NCBI RefSeq assembly: GCF_964355755.1
Contig: NC_092674.1
Coordinates: 868,001 to 932,000, forward strand
DNA length: 64,000 nt
Origin: Antedon mediterranea
Lineage: Eukaryota > Animalia > Echinodermata
Reading direction: 5' to 3'
Below, piece after piece: positions 55,801-64,000 of this stretch. The position numbers were made by a program, and so were the translations under genes. Under the pieces are notes generated by a model. That model did not search any database. It saw only the letters and a program-made list of their open reading frames with translations, and had not been told where the DNA came from. How positions within the stretch are numbered: position 1 is the first letter of the stretch; every line of letters starts with the position of its first letter.

Positions 55801-58800
55801 TCATCAGCAATGTCCTGACTTCAACAATGAGGTAAATGATTATAAATTATAATTTACCTCAACATCATGTCCTGGATTTATTTTTAATTTTTCCTTCATG
55901 ATCTTTCATTAACTTAAAATTTTATTTCAGATTAAGATAGCTCTTCCAGTACATCTACACAATAAACATCATTTACTCTTCCGGTTTTATCACGTCAGTT
56001 GTGAGGTTGGCAAAGGTACCATCAAGAAACGAGAAACAGTGGATTCATTTGGTATGTAAAAAATGTAGATCTCACAAATTCACTCTATCCCAGTATTTAT
56101 GGTAGACAGAGAAGTATAATAAAATAAATACTATTTAAAATATGCTTTACCTCTTTTCTGTTCTCTAGTTGGTTATGCATGGATTCCCATTTTAAAAGAA
56201 GACCGTGTGAATGTAGGAAGCCCTCTTGGGGTGTCTGTATCATCGTCACTTCCTGCAGGTTACCTTAGCAACCAAGTTCTTGGAATGGGAAAGGTTTGTT
56301 TTGTATATTTTTGTAGAATTAAATAAATAAAATAAATGATGCTTTTAAAAACCTACTATGATTAAAATGATAATAATTGTTATCAAATGACTTTTAGATG
56401 GCAGGTCCAGAAATTAAGTGGGTTGATGGCGGTAAGAATCTACTTAAGGTCAACTTACAGTTGGTGTCAACGATTTACACGAAGGATCAACATGTTCACA
56501 ATTTCTTCAGGCAATGTCAGGATTGGGAAGGGTCACCAACTAATAGCCTTGACCTCATTAAATGCATCAAGGTAAGTAGTAATTACAGTAGAGTGTTGTG
56601 GCTTGGTGGTTATGATGCTTTGCTACCACTCCAAGGGTCCTGGGTTCAAGTCCTGTCATATGTCAGGATTTTTCTAATGACAAATTACTCCACTCCCAAA
56701 GACTTGTAATAAGACTTTGTTTATTTATGTAGAGCATCTTGTGTATATGTTTGTCTTGTGAACAGGATTGCCACCTTTAAGAAGGATAGTGAATGAATTT
56801 GCTTATATAGTTATCCTTGGCAATTTGCCTATATATATATATGCAGATACTTTTGTTACTTTTTCTGGAAATATTACACTTTTAAAGAATGACTTTTATT
56901 AATACACTTTTTTCCACACAGGCAATGCACGCTGTTGAAGAATCAACACTGATCAACTTTCTTCCCGTCATCTTGAATCAGCTCTTCCACATTTTACCGA
57001 TCGCCTCTGTAGAGGAGGTGCAACTCAATATCGTACGTCTTGTCATACACATTGTAGCCAGTGTGCATGACAAGGGCCGAGAAGATACGCTACATTCTTA
57101 TGTACAGGTTAGTTTGTACTTTATTTAAGTCCGCCCTTCAGTAACTCACTGGTAGACCATTCCAGGTGACCTATCCATTATTTTAGTTTCTAATTATTTC
57201 TCTTCAGTCAAAACAATTCTTTTTTTGTTTGTAAGTTAGTTGTTTCTAATTATCTGAGTTCTGTCAAAACAAATTTTGTTTGTAAGTTAGTTGTTCCTAA
57301 TTATTTCTGTTCTGTCAAAACCATTTTTGTTTGTAAGTTAGTTGTTTTTAAGTATTTCTGTTCTGTCAAAACCATTTTTGTTTGTAAGTTAGTTGTTCCT
57401 AATTATTTCTGTTCTGTCAAAACCATTTTTGTTTGTAAGTTAGTTGTTTCTAAGTATTTCTGTTCTGTCTAAACCATTCTTTTGTAAGTTAGTTGTTCCT
57501 AATTATTTCTGTTCTGTCAAAACCATTTTTGTTTGTAAGTTAGTTGTTCCGAATTATTTCTGTTCTGTCAAAACCATTTTTTTTTGTAAGTTAGTTGTTC
57601 CTAATTATTTCTGTTCTGTCAAAACCATTTTTTTTTGTAAGTTAGTTGTTCCTAATTATTTTTGTTCTGTCAAAACAAATTTTGTTTGTAAGTTAGTTGT
57701 TTCTAATTATTTCTGTTCTTTCAAAACCATTCTTTTGTAAGTTAGTTGTTCCTAATTATTTCTGTTCTGTCAAAACCATTTTTGTTTGTAAGTTAGTTGT
57801 TCCTAATTATTTCTGTTCTGTCTAAACCATTTTTGTTTGTAAGTTAGTTGTTTCTAAGTATTTCTGTTCTGTCAAAACCATTTTTGTTTGTAAGTTAGTT
57901 GTTCCTAATTAATTCTGTTCTGTCAAAACCATTTTTGTTTGTAAGTTAGTTGTTTCTAAGTATTTCTGTTCTGTCTAAACCATTCTTTTGTAAGTTAGTT
58001 GTTCCTAATTATTTCTGTTCTGTCAAAACCATTTTTGTTTGTAAGTAATTAGTTGTTCCTAATTATTTCTGTTCTGTCAAAACCATTTTTGTTTGTAAGT
58101 TAGTTGTTTCTAAGTATTTCTGTTCTGTCAAAACCATTTTTGTTTGTAAGTTAGTTGTTTCTAAGTATTTCTGTTCTGTCAAAACCATTTTTGTTTGTAA
58201 GTTAGTTGTTTCTAAGTATTTCTGTTCTGTCTAAACCATTTTTGTTTGTAAGTTAGTTGTTTCTAAGTATTTCTGTTCTGTCAAAACCATTTTTTTTGTA
58301 AGTTAGTTGTTTCTAAGGGCCTGTTTCTGCTGCAACTGCTAAAAATACGGTATAAAAATACGGTATAAAATACGGTATTTTTTATACCGTATTTTTTAGT
58401 ACCCCGTTTCTGCTAACAATACTTCTTGGGTGGTCGTGTTAAATTTCATCTTTTTTACCCAAATTGCCATTCATTTATTTGATCGATAATTAAAAGTCGC
58501 AATAAAGGAAGTTTTACGTCTCACTTTCAACAGCCTAGCCCTTGTGATAGAGATGTTGTGAGAGTACAGAAAACATCATAATGGGGAAAATTAATTCATT
58601 CCCTCCCCGAGTTATTGTATTTTGCAATGTTGTACTGCTTTCGCAGGCTCTTCAGCTTTGAGTTTACTTGCTTTGGAGACAAGTCTATTCCATACTCCTG
58701 CTTTATTTTTTTAGAAATGTCTTTATAAATGTGGTTGTCCCTTTTATTACCTTTTAGTTGGCCAGACATTTTAGCTTCCCCACACACATTTATTTAGTAA

Positions 58801-60659
58801 AACTTTGACGTCTTCGCTCCACATTTTCGCCGAATATATCTATACACGTGTGTACAGTGACAGAAAATAAAAACACGAATGTTGACCTTTTGTCATGTAA
58901 AAAAAAAAATACGGTATTTTTTATTGGCAGCAGAAACGGGTACAAAAAATACGGTATAAATTTGTAAATACCGTATTTTATCCACAAATTTTGTGGGGGA
59001 AATACGGTATACAAAATACGGTATATTTTTTATGAGCGCAGTTTCTGCTGCCAAAAATATACCGTATATATACGGTATTCAAAAAATACCGTATAATATA
59101 CGGTATTTAGTTGGCAGCAGAAACAGGGCCTAATTATCATTTGTCAAAACAATTCATCTTACAGTATGTGTTCGATAAGGAGAAAGCTATAGCTGACACA
59201 ATTGGTCGCAAAACTGTACATGAAGAATTAATGAAGTGTGTTGCATCGTCGCTTCGGCCAAGTAACGATCCAATCGTCATTAAGCATCTTATGAAAGTGA
59301 GTTTATTTATGTAGTAGATATTAATGTAGTAGTAATGTTTATTTAATGTTAACTGACATGATACTGATGTTGATTGATAGAAATACTGTTTAATTTATGC
59401 AATAAAATATTTGTTTTTTCCCTCTACAGCACTTGTGGTTCTTCTTCAAGATCTTAGTGAAGTGCATGGCTCAGTACCTGATTGTTAACGACACTCTTAA
59501 GCTACCGCGGCATAAACGCTTCTCACCAAACTTTGAGACCACACTGCGTAGCCTGGTTCAAGTCCTGATGCCTCACATAATACAAAAACACAAAGAACAA
59601 CCACAGGAAGCTAAGAATGCTAACTATCACTTGGCAGACTTTATCAAGGTTTGATTAATAGTTGATTTAAATTCCTGAAATCTTCTTTAAAAAATTGTTT
59701 TTTCTCTCTACAGTAGTGTTTTGCAGAATGCTAATGAGTTAGAAAAAAGGAATGTTTCATTTCCACTTCACAGGATCCCAATGGATTTTAAAACTTGTCG
59801 AACTAATCCTAGCTATCAGAGTTTTAATTGTGTTCTTTTAAAATATTTTTTTTTCTAATTTTAATCAATTGTGTGTGTTTGTGTGACTCTGATAGCTAAA
59901 TAAAGTCAAATCAAATCAAAGTATATAATCCCTATTTTGAAGTTACAAATGAGTGATTTGTGAAACCACCAAATCTTCAAAGCTTCATGCGGTACATTTG
60001 GTATCAGTGCACATATTTATTAAGAAAAATAATGAATATTATTGGTTAAACTTTTCAGCATTGTTTTACGTACATGGATCGTGGTTTTGTGTTTAGGATC
60101 ATTAACAGTTACCTGGACAACTTCAATCATGGTGACCCAAAGGTTTGATTTTCAAAATTGTGTACTGTTTATAAACCAAGTTATATTAAGTATTTATGTT
60201 ATTATTTAAGTGTTTTGTGATGCTTTTGTGTTGTTTTTTGTCTTTGGAAATCTTTTGAAAATAAATAAATAATTTAAAAAAGTACATATCACTCTTTTTT
60301 ATTCATTTTTTGTCACTTTCATTTGTACATGTATGGATTTTAAAGATTTTTAATCTTTTTGAGAATTTTAACTTTATGAATCCTCTTGTATGTTTATGCT
60401 TGAATGGGGTCTGTATATTTGTATATTGTTTTTAAGAGGGCCTTTTCTATTGTACTGCTGTAGTTCAGCTGTTAGAGCTCCCTTGTAAAATAGTTGAATA
60501 AATTATACATAGTGAATTTTATTTTGTATTCATTCTTTCATTTTTTCTTTTAGCTTCTAGTCGAGATGAAATGGGAGTTTTTACGAGTAGTTTGTAGCCA
60601 TGAACATTTTATTGCTCTCAATCTACCATTACTAAAGACAAGTCAGAAACAATACAAAG
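19804..60659 (+). CDS. DOCK9: Dedicator of cytokinesis DOCK-D subfamily (DOCK9/10/11, zizimin) GEF; N-terminal, PH and DHR-1/C2 regions; continues beyond the window
   Basis: Phase-consistent exons: 19804-19926, 36346-36462, 39159-39248, 44598-44683, 46728-46890, 47239-47370, 48191-48377, 48684-48826, 49083-49247, 49493-49708, 49999-50121, 50869-50951, 51422-51627, 55032-55219, 55673-55831, 55931-56051, 56169-56293, 56398-56571, 56922-57107, 59165-59296, 59430-59648, 60059-60142, 60554-60659. Family motifs: [27 protein letters not shown] domain (KQGFMYK...[25 protein letters not shown]...[11 protein letters not shown]), [11 protein letters not shown]...[78 protein letters not shown]-2 not reached in this window. 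Confidence 0.95.
23681..24345 (-). mobile_element. 5'-truncated CR1/L2-clade LINE (ORF2 C-terminus, 3' UTR, (TTA)n tail)
   Basis: ORF 23943-24344: [13 protein letters not shown]...[15 protein letters not shown]...PRLWEQLP...ISDFKAQL, typical post-RT C-terminus; AATAAA plus trinucleotide tail at about 23681-23705. Confidence 0.8.
24390..24556 (-). mobile_element. tRNA-derived SINE (head plus conserved central domain)
   Basis: Minus strand: A box TGGCGCAGTGTG (24544-24533), B box GGTTCAAATCC (24501-24491), then TCCTTAGGCAAGACACTT...CTCTCCACCCAG...AAATGGGTACC, resembling V/Meta-type SINE cores. Confidence 0.75.
24890..25770. mobile_element. Unclassified GC-richer interspersed element containing a tRNA-derived SINE head
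   Basis: CpG-rich block with internal 60-70 bp duplications; minus-strand A box TGGCGCAGCGG and B box GAGTTCAAGATCC at 25127-25197. Confidence 0.4.
27517..28314 (+). CDS. DOCK9: Candidate large alternative first exon of DOCK (266 aa, Ser/Pro/Arg-rich, likely disordered)
   Basis: GC-richer 798-nt ORF inside DOCK intron 1, ATG 27517, donor CTG|gtgcga at 28314 in phase 0, matching the phase-0 acceptor at 36346; composition turns T-rich right after the donor. Confidence 0.75.
31671..31742 (+). CDS. DOCK9: Candidate short alternative first exon of DOCK ([24 protein letters not shown])
   Basis: ATG 31671 preceded by in-frame TAA (31662), 24 codons, consensus donor TGG|gtaagt in phase 0. Confidence 0.55.
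35589..35734. mobile_element. Tourist-like (PIF/Harbinger) MITE, representative copy of a family with about 14 copies here
   Basis: TIR AGCTCTGTCTACACTATC / GATAGTRTAGACAGAGCT, TAA-TAA duplication. Other copies: 17465-17584, 17876-17973, 28566-28681, 31964-32123, 33627-33760, 36478-36655, 38374-38540, 39349-39481, 39495-39606, 41303-41451, 47739-47828, 49276-49410, 55393-55548. Confidence 0.85.
36478..36655. mobile_element. Tourist-like MITE copy 15 bp downstream of DOCK exon 2
   Basis: Same TIRs, TTA-TTA duplication, three internal GCCCAAATATGGTAGTGATAT-like subrepeats. Confidence 0.85.
38374..38540. mobile_element. Tourist-like MITE copy
   Basis: Perfect AGCTCTGTCTACACTAT / ATAGTGTAGACAGAGCT termini. 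Confidence 0.85.
41476..42570. repeat. Tandem and dispersed 57-58 bp repeats within a duplicated block
   Basis: TTACATTTTGAACAAAAGTATTTATTTGTTGATAAGCCCAATTTTGCAGTC: 4 tandem copies at 41476-41700, more at about 42245-42340 and 42520-42570; 41640-41880 resembles 42280-42500. Confidence 0.75.
42762..43122. mobile_element. Foldback MITE (Harbinger-like AGGCC...GGCCT termini)
   Basis: About 80-bp degenerate terminal inverted arms plus inner TCCAATCAAATGACGTCATGAT / ATCATGACGTCATTTGATTGGA. Confidence 0.65.
44240..44539. repeat. 28-bp minisatellite, about 10 units, upstream of DOCK exon 44598
   Basis: Unit CTTGTCTGGTACTTAGTTCTTACCTTTA. Confidence 0.95.
45166..46702 (+). mobile_element. Helentron-associated non-autonomous element (HINE/DINE-1-like)
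   Basis: 5' subterminal palindrome AGGTTATATGCAT-tatc-ATGCATATAACCT, (TTTA)n microsatellite, 3' copy of ATGCATATAACCT followed by hairpin AATTCGTCA-tag-TGACGAATT and CTAGT end; CpG-rich interior. Confidence 0.75.
50279..50775 (-). mobile_element. 5'-truncated CR1-clade LINE 3' end
   Basis: ORF 50346-50774: [12 protein letters not shown]...[31 protein letters not shown]...TRGH..KL...F.RR...LWNALP; 3' stem-loop TCCCGTA/TACGGGA (50301-50324) and about three 8-bp AAACAAGT tail repeats. Confidence 0.88.
51880..54935. repeat. 44-bp minisatellite, about 69 units, filling most of a DOCK intron
   Basis: Unit TTATCTTAGGCCATTATAC(A/G)GTATAGTAGTGATAGTT(G/A)TTTATC. Confidence 0.97.
56592..56670 (+). mobile_element. 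tRNA-derived SINE head fragment
   Basis: A box TGGCTTGGTGG and B box GGTTCAAGTCC with tRNA-like spacing, no intact acceptor stem. Confidence 0.55.
57185..58316. repeat. About 51-bp minisatellite, about 22 units
   Basis: Unit GTAAGTTAGTTGTTCCTAATTATTTCTGTTCTGTCAAAACCATTTTTGTTT; ends at the Harbinger insertion. Confidence 0.95.
58317..59130 (-). mobile_element. Internally deleted PIF/Harbinger element with Myb/SANT (trihelix-like) ORF remnant
   Basis: TIRs GGGCCTGTTTCTGCTGC / GCAGCAGAAACAGGGCC, TAA target duplication (58314-58316, 59131-59133), ATACGGTAT/ATACCGTAT subterminal repeats. Confidence 0.88.
58596..58824 (-). pseudogene. Frameshifted Myb/SANT-like DNA-binding protein of the Harbinger element
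   Basis: [11 protein letters not shown] / frameshift / [50 protein letters not shown], matching the trihelix pattern (W...LL..W.E...L....RN..IY..IS..........S..Q...K.K.L.K.Y). Confidence 0.75.
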
Positions 60660-60782
60660 GTTAGTAACCACCTGTATGCAAATTAACCAACATTATGTTT
60701 TTGTAAATTATGTAATTGTGTAAAATTTTTATTTTATTTAAAAGAATCTAAGATGTTTATATTTTGTATGATTTGCATATTT

Positions 60783-61011
60783 CAAATTTGTATGTTTATA
60801 TATCAATAGTATATCATGATATATTTGTACTATTGCATTTAAAATGTGTTTGTTTAATATAAATAGTATATCATGATATATTTGTACTATTGCATTTAAA
60901 ATGTGTTTGTTTAATATAAATAGTATATCATGATATATTTGTACTATTGCATTTAAAATTTGTTTGTTTAATATAAATAGTATATCATGATATATTTGTA
61001 CTATTGCATTT
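60783..61011. repeat. 57-bp tandem repeat, about 4 units
   Basis: Unit AAATGTGTTTGTTTAATATAAATAGTATATCATGATATATTTGTACTATTGCATTTA. Confidence 0.9.
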
Positions 61012-62084
61012 CCATTTGTATTACTGTTTTTATTTTGAAGTATACAGTACAGTAGAGACCCCCTATTAAGAGCCACTTTTAGGCATGTCCCCTGAATAGG
61101 GGTTCTTTATGTAAGGGGTGCTACAGTCAACTCTTTCAGAACCTGTCATCCTTTGGTGGGCAAAAATGTCTGCTTTTCTCGAAATTCTGGTGTTCTAAAT
61201 GTTTATTGGAGGGTTTGACTGGTATGATTATATTCAAGTGTAAACATTTTTTTTTGAATGATCAAGCGCTTTTTTTGTGTTTAAATTCAAATGTATTACA
61301 CATGCTGGCATGTAAATCTATTTTAGAGCATGCAGTTAACATGTTACATGTCACAGAAGAATGAAATATTTTAGTTGGGTAATCACAAAGTTATTCTGCA
61401 CCATAGGAACAGTATTAGAATGTAGACAATCCATGTGATTGATGTCATTAAGTTTTTATTTCACTTTTTTAGATTAAATGTCATTTCTACTGTTTAAATG
61501 TTAGTACTACTGTTTACATGCTCGGTATTACATTTTCACTATTGTATTATAAAAGAGGAACTTAGTTCCTTCCTTATATGTTTCATTGGTAGACATTAGT
61601 AAGTTCTTACCTAAGAATATCAATATTAAAATATTTTACTTGTAAAAGTTTTCAATTGAATTGGTTAAATATTCTAAGAATTATTTTATAAATAGCAAAT
61701 TAAAAGACGCTTACTTTCCAATAAAATTTAATTACAAAAAAACAAAAGAGGGTTGACATTTCATAGAACCATTCCATTATCATTCTTATTGTTGTTTTTA
61801 TTTTGATCTTGAATGAAAGAATGATTGAATTTTAAGAAAAAATATCTGAATAGTTAAGTTACACATTCTGTATTAGATTTCAAGTAATGTATATTACTAA
61901 AATAAATCTATTACAATGTTAGTTTCTTCTATTTAATAACTATTATTATACTGTAGTTTATCTATGGGATGATTGTTTTATTTAACAACTATATACTAGT
62001 TATATATCTATGGGCTGATTGTTTTTTAATTCTTTTCATTTCTTTATTTTCATTTCCATCATTTCCTTTCCTCGTTCTTTTTAG

Positions 62085-62159
62085 TCTCAGCAAGGAAGAA
62101 GACAAAATCAAAAGAGACAAAAGCCAAATCAAAACCAGTCTCTTCCTCTGGGTTTAGGA
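62085..62159 (+). CDS. DOCK9: Candidate 75-nt Lys-rich cassette exon of DOCK ((V)SARKKTKSKETKAKSKPVSSSGFR)
   Basis: Long pyrimidine tract plus TAG, donor A|gtaagg, symmetric phase 1-1, open in the frame left by exon 60554-60659. Confidence 0.7.
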
Positions 62160-63448
62160 GTAAGGATTTTGGCATGACATTCAAATATTATCTTATTCTT
62201 TAATTCTTTTTCTGCTTTACTTTCGTGACTTTGGATTTCTTTATACTTCTCTTAGATTTAAACAAAGTTAAACAGTTTGATTCAGAAATTTTAATAAATA
62301 ATTCATTGGTGTTTTTTTTTTTCAAATTCAGAATTTATTTTAAATTGTTCATGCTCTCTTACAATAAATAATTTTGCTAACAAAAACAAAACAAAAATGC
62401 AAATTATGCATTGTTAATAAAATACTAGTTTTCTTAACTTACTTTTTCATTCATTTCAATAGCTGTGTCCATTCTTTTCTTTTTTGTTTCATTCTTTATT
62501 CCTGTGGTATGTTCTGTGGGACTGTGTGTGTTCTGTGGAGTGTCATATTATGTACCATATTTCTATTTACTTTGTAAATGTCTCAGTATTTCCAATATGT
62601 ACTTACTTATATACAACAATATTTTAACTTGGAATTAAATAATGTTTATATGAGTATATTCTGGTTACAAAATTAGCAGGTGGGATTATTTATAAGTATA
62701 TATTACTTGAATATCGCTTTGGAATACATTTGTTTTCTGAAATCAAATGCATGGAATTATACAGTCATGCATGGTATATATATAATATACTGTGGTACTG
62801 TATGTAAACGTATTGTGATGGATTCTTAAATTTTGGTGGATTATCTGGATTTAAAGATTATCCTATATTAATCTTAGTCATCTGTATATGTTAATCCTAA
62901 CCTTTAGGAAGGAAAATTATGTGTTATTTCCAAGATTTAGTTATTGACTTAATCAAAATGTTGTTGAATATAATATATAATATTCTCTATCCGATGTTTA
63001 CGTTATATTTATGTATTTGTTGACATGTTTGGTTACTCTGCATGATAGTGAGTTTAGTTATAATAATAATTATTCTTTCCTGTTTTTCTTCTTTAAACAA
63101 TATCACTAAAATTAAAATACTTTATATTATTTTAAGATAATTAGCTAATGAATAAACTAACAATAGTTTTACTGTTTTAATTATTTATTCTAAAACTTTG
63201 TAAGCTTTTTTTATGAATTTAAAAGTTAATGATTTTTTTTTTGTCAAGGCAAGTGGCCTATGGTACACATTTAGAAAACCAATGCTTTTAATTTTTATTT
63301 AGAAGTTACAAGAAAACTTTTTGTTTTTGTGGTTTATTTATGAATCTAACTGCTCATAATTGATTGATTTGATTTTATTTAAATATTTAACACAAATGTC
63401 TAAGTTAATTTTCTCCCTTTTTCTTGTTTTTTTTTTACTTAACCCCAG

Positions 63449-63472
63449 GTTACTCAGGACTCAAAAAAATTG
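63449..63472 (+). CDS. DOCK9: Candidate 24-nt microexon of DOCK (xYSGLKKIx)
   Basis: Strong pyrimidine tract plus CAG, donor G|gtaggc, symmetric phase 1-1, no stop. Confidence 0.6.
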
Positions 63473-64000
63473 GTAGGCTGCAACATGGAATGCTTTTATT
63501 GTTTTATTTTATGTATGGAATGTTCACTTTATGTATAAATTCATGTTTCTATTGTTAATGTGACTAATTGTTGTTATATCAGTATATCCATCCATTGTGT
63601 CAAGTGAACTCTACCCCATGTCTACTTTCTGATCCTGTCCTATTCTCAACATAAAACACTCAGAGCCGGCCGTAGCCAGCATGAGGCAGACAAGCCGATT
63701 GCCTCATCTGAAATTTTAAATTTTCAATACCCACCCAAATTCCTCAGCAGAGATCATCATATTTTCTATTAATAGTTATATTTAAAGATGTATTGTCCCC
63801 CTGAAAAAAAAATTCTTAAAAAATTATTTTTTTGAATATTCCATTTTAATGTAACATAATAGTTATCCACTTTGACCTAAAATTGGATCGAAAAAAATTT
63901 AAAGCAAAAAAAATGGTCTAATTGGCTGCCAGCCAATTGATTTTTGGTTGAATTTTAACATTTATTTTGTCATTTTATAAGTGAAAACGTGATTTTTTTT

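Noticed and set aside
57444-57740. Repetitive ORFs from tandem repeats (also 60738-61076)
   Set aside because: Translations of intronic minisatellites with no exon context.
63661-64000. Possible hAT-like MITE start (CAGAGCCGGCCG...)
   Set aside because: Only one end is visible; no partner TIR or TSD inside the window.

Overview
AT-rich, intron-rich eukaryotic (animal) DNA; the repeat landscape suggests a marine invertebrate, which is inference only. Three spliced protein-coding genes were reconstructed by hand with frame-consistent junctions: the last three exons of a glypican (+, 4682-5979), a complete RagA/B GTPase (-, 14266-19289), and, head-to-head 514 bp away, the 5' part of a DOCK9/10/11 (zizimin, DOCK-D) GEF (+, 19804 to beyond the window end). 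Introns hold two PIF/Harbinger derivatives with the same TIR, about 14 copies of a Tourist-like MITE, a Helentron-type (HINE/DINE-like) element, two 5'-truncated CR1/L2-clade LINE ends, tRNA-derived SINE heads and several minisatellites. The main unexplained structure is isoform-switching architecture. RagA has a candidate exon that would turn the normal start into a 4-codon uORF and supply a new basic N-terminus. DOCK has two extra candidate first exons, one with EB1-type SxIP motifs, and a cluster of frame-preserving micro/cassette exons flanked by RBFOX-type motifs. All isoform calls come from sequence alone and need RNA evidence.
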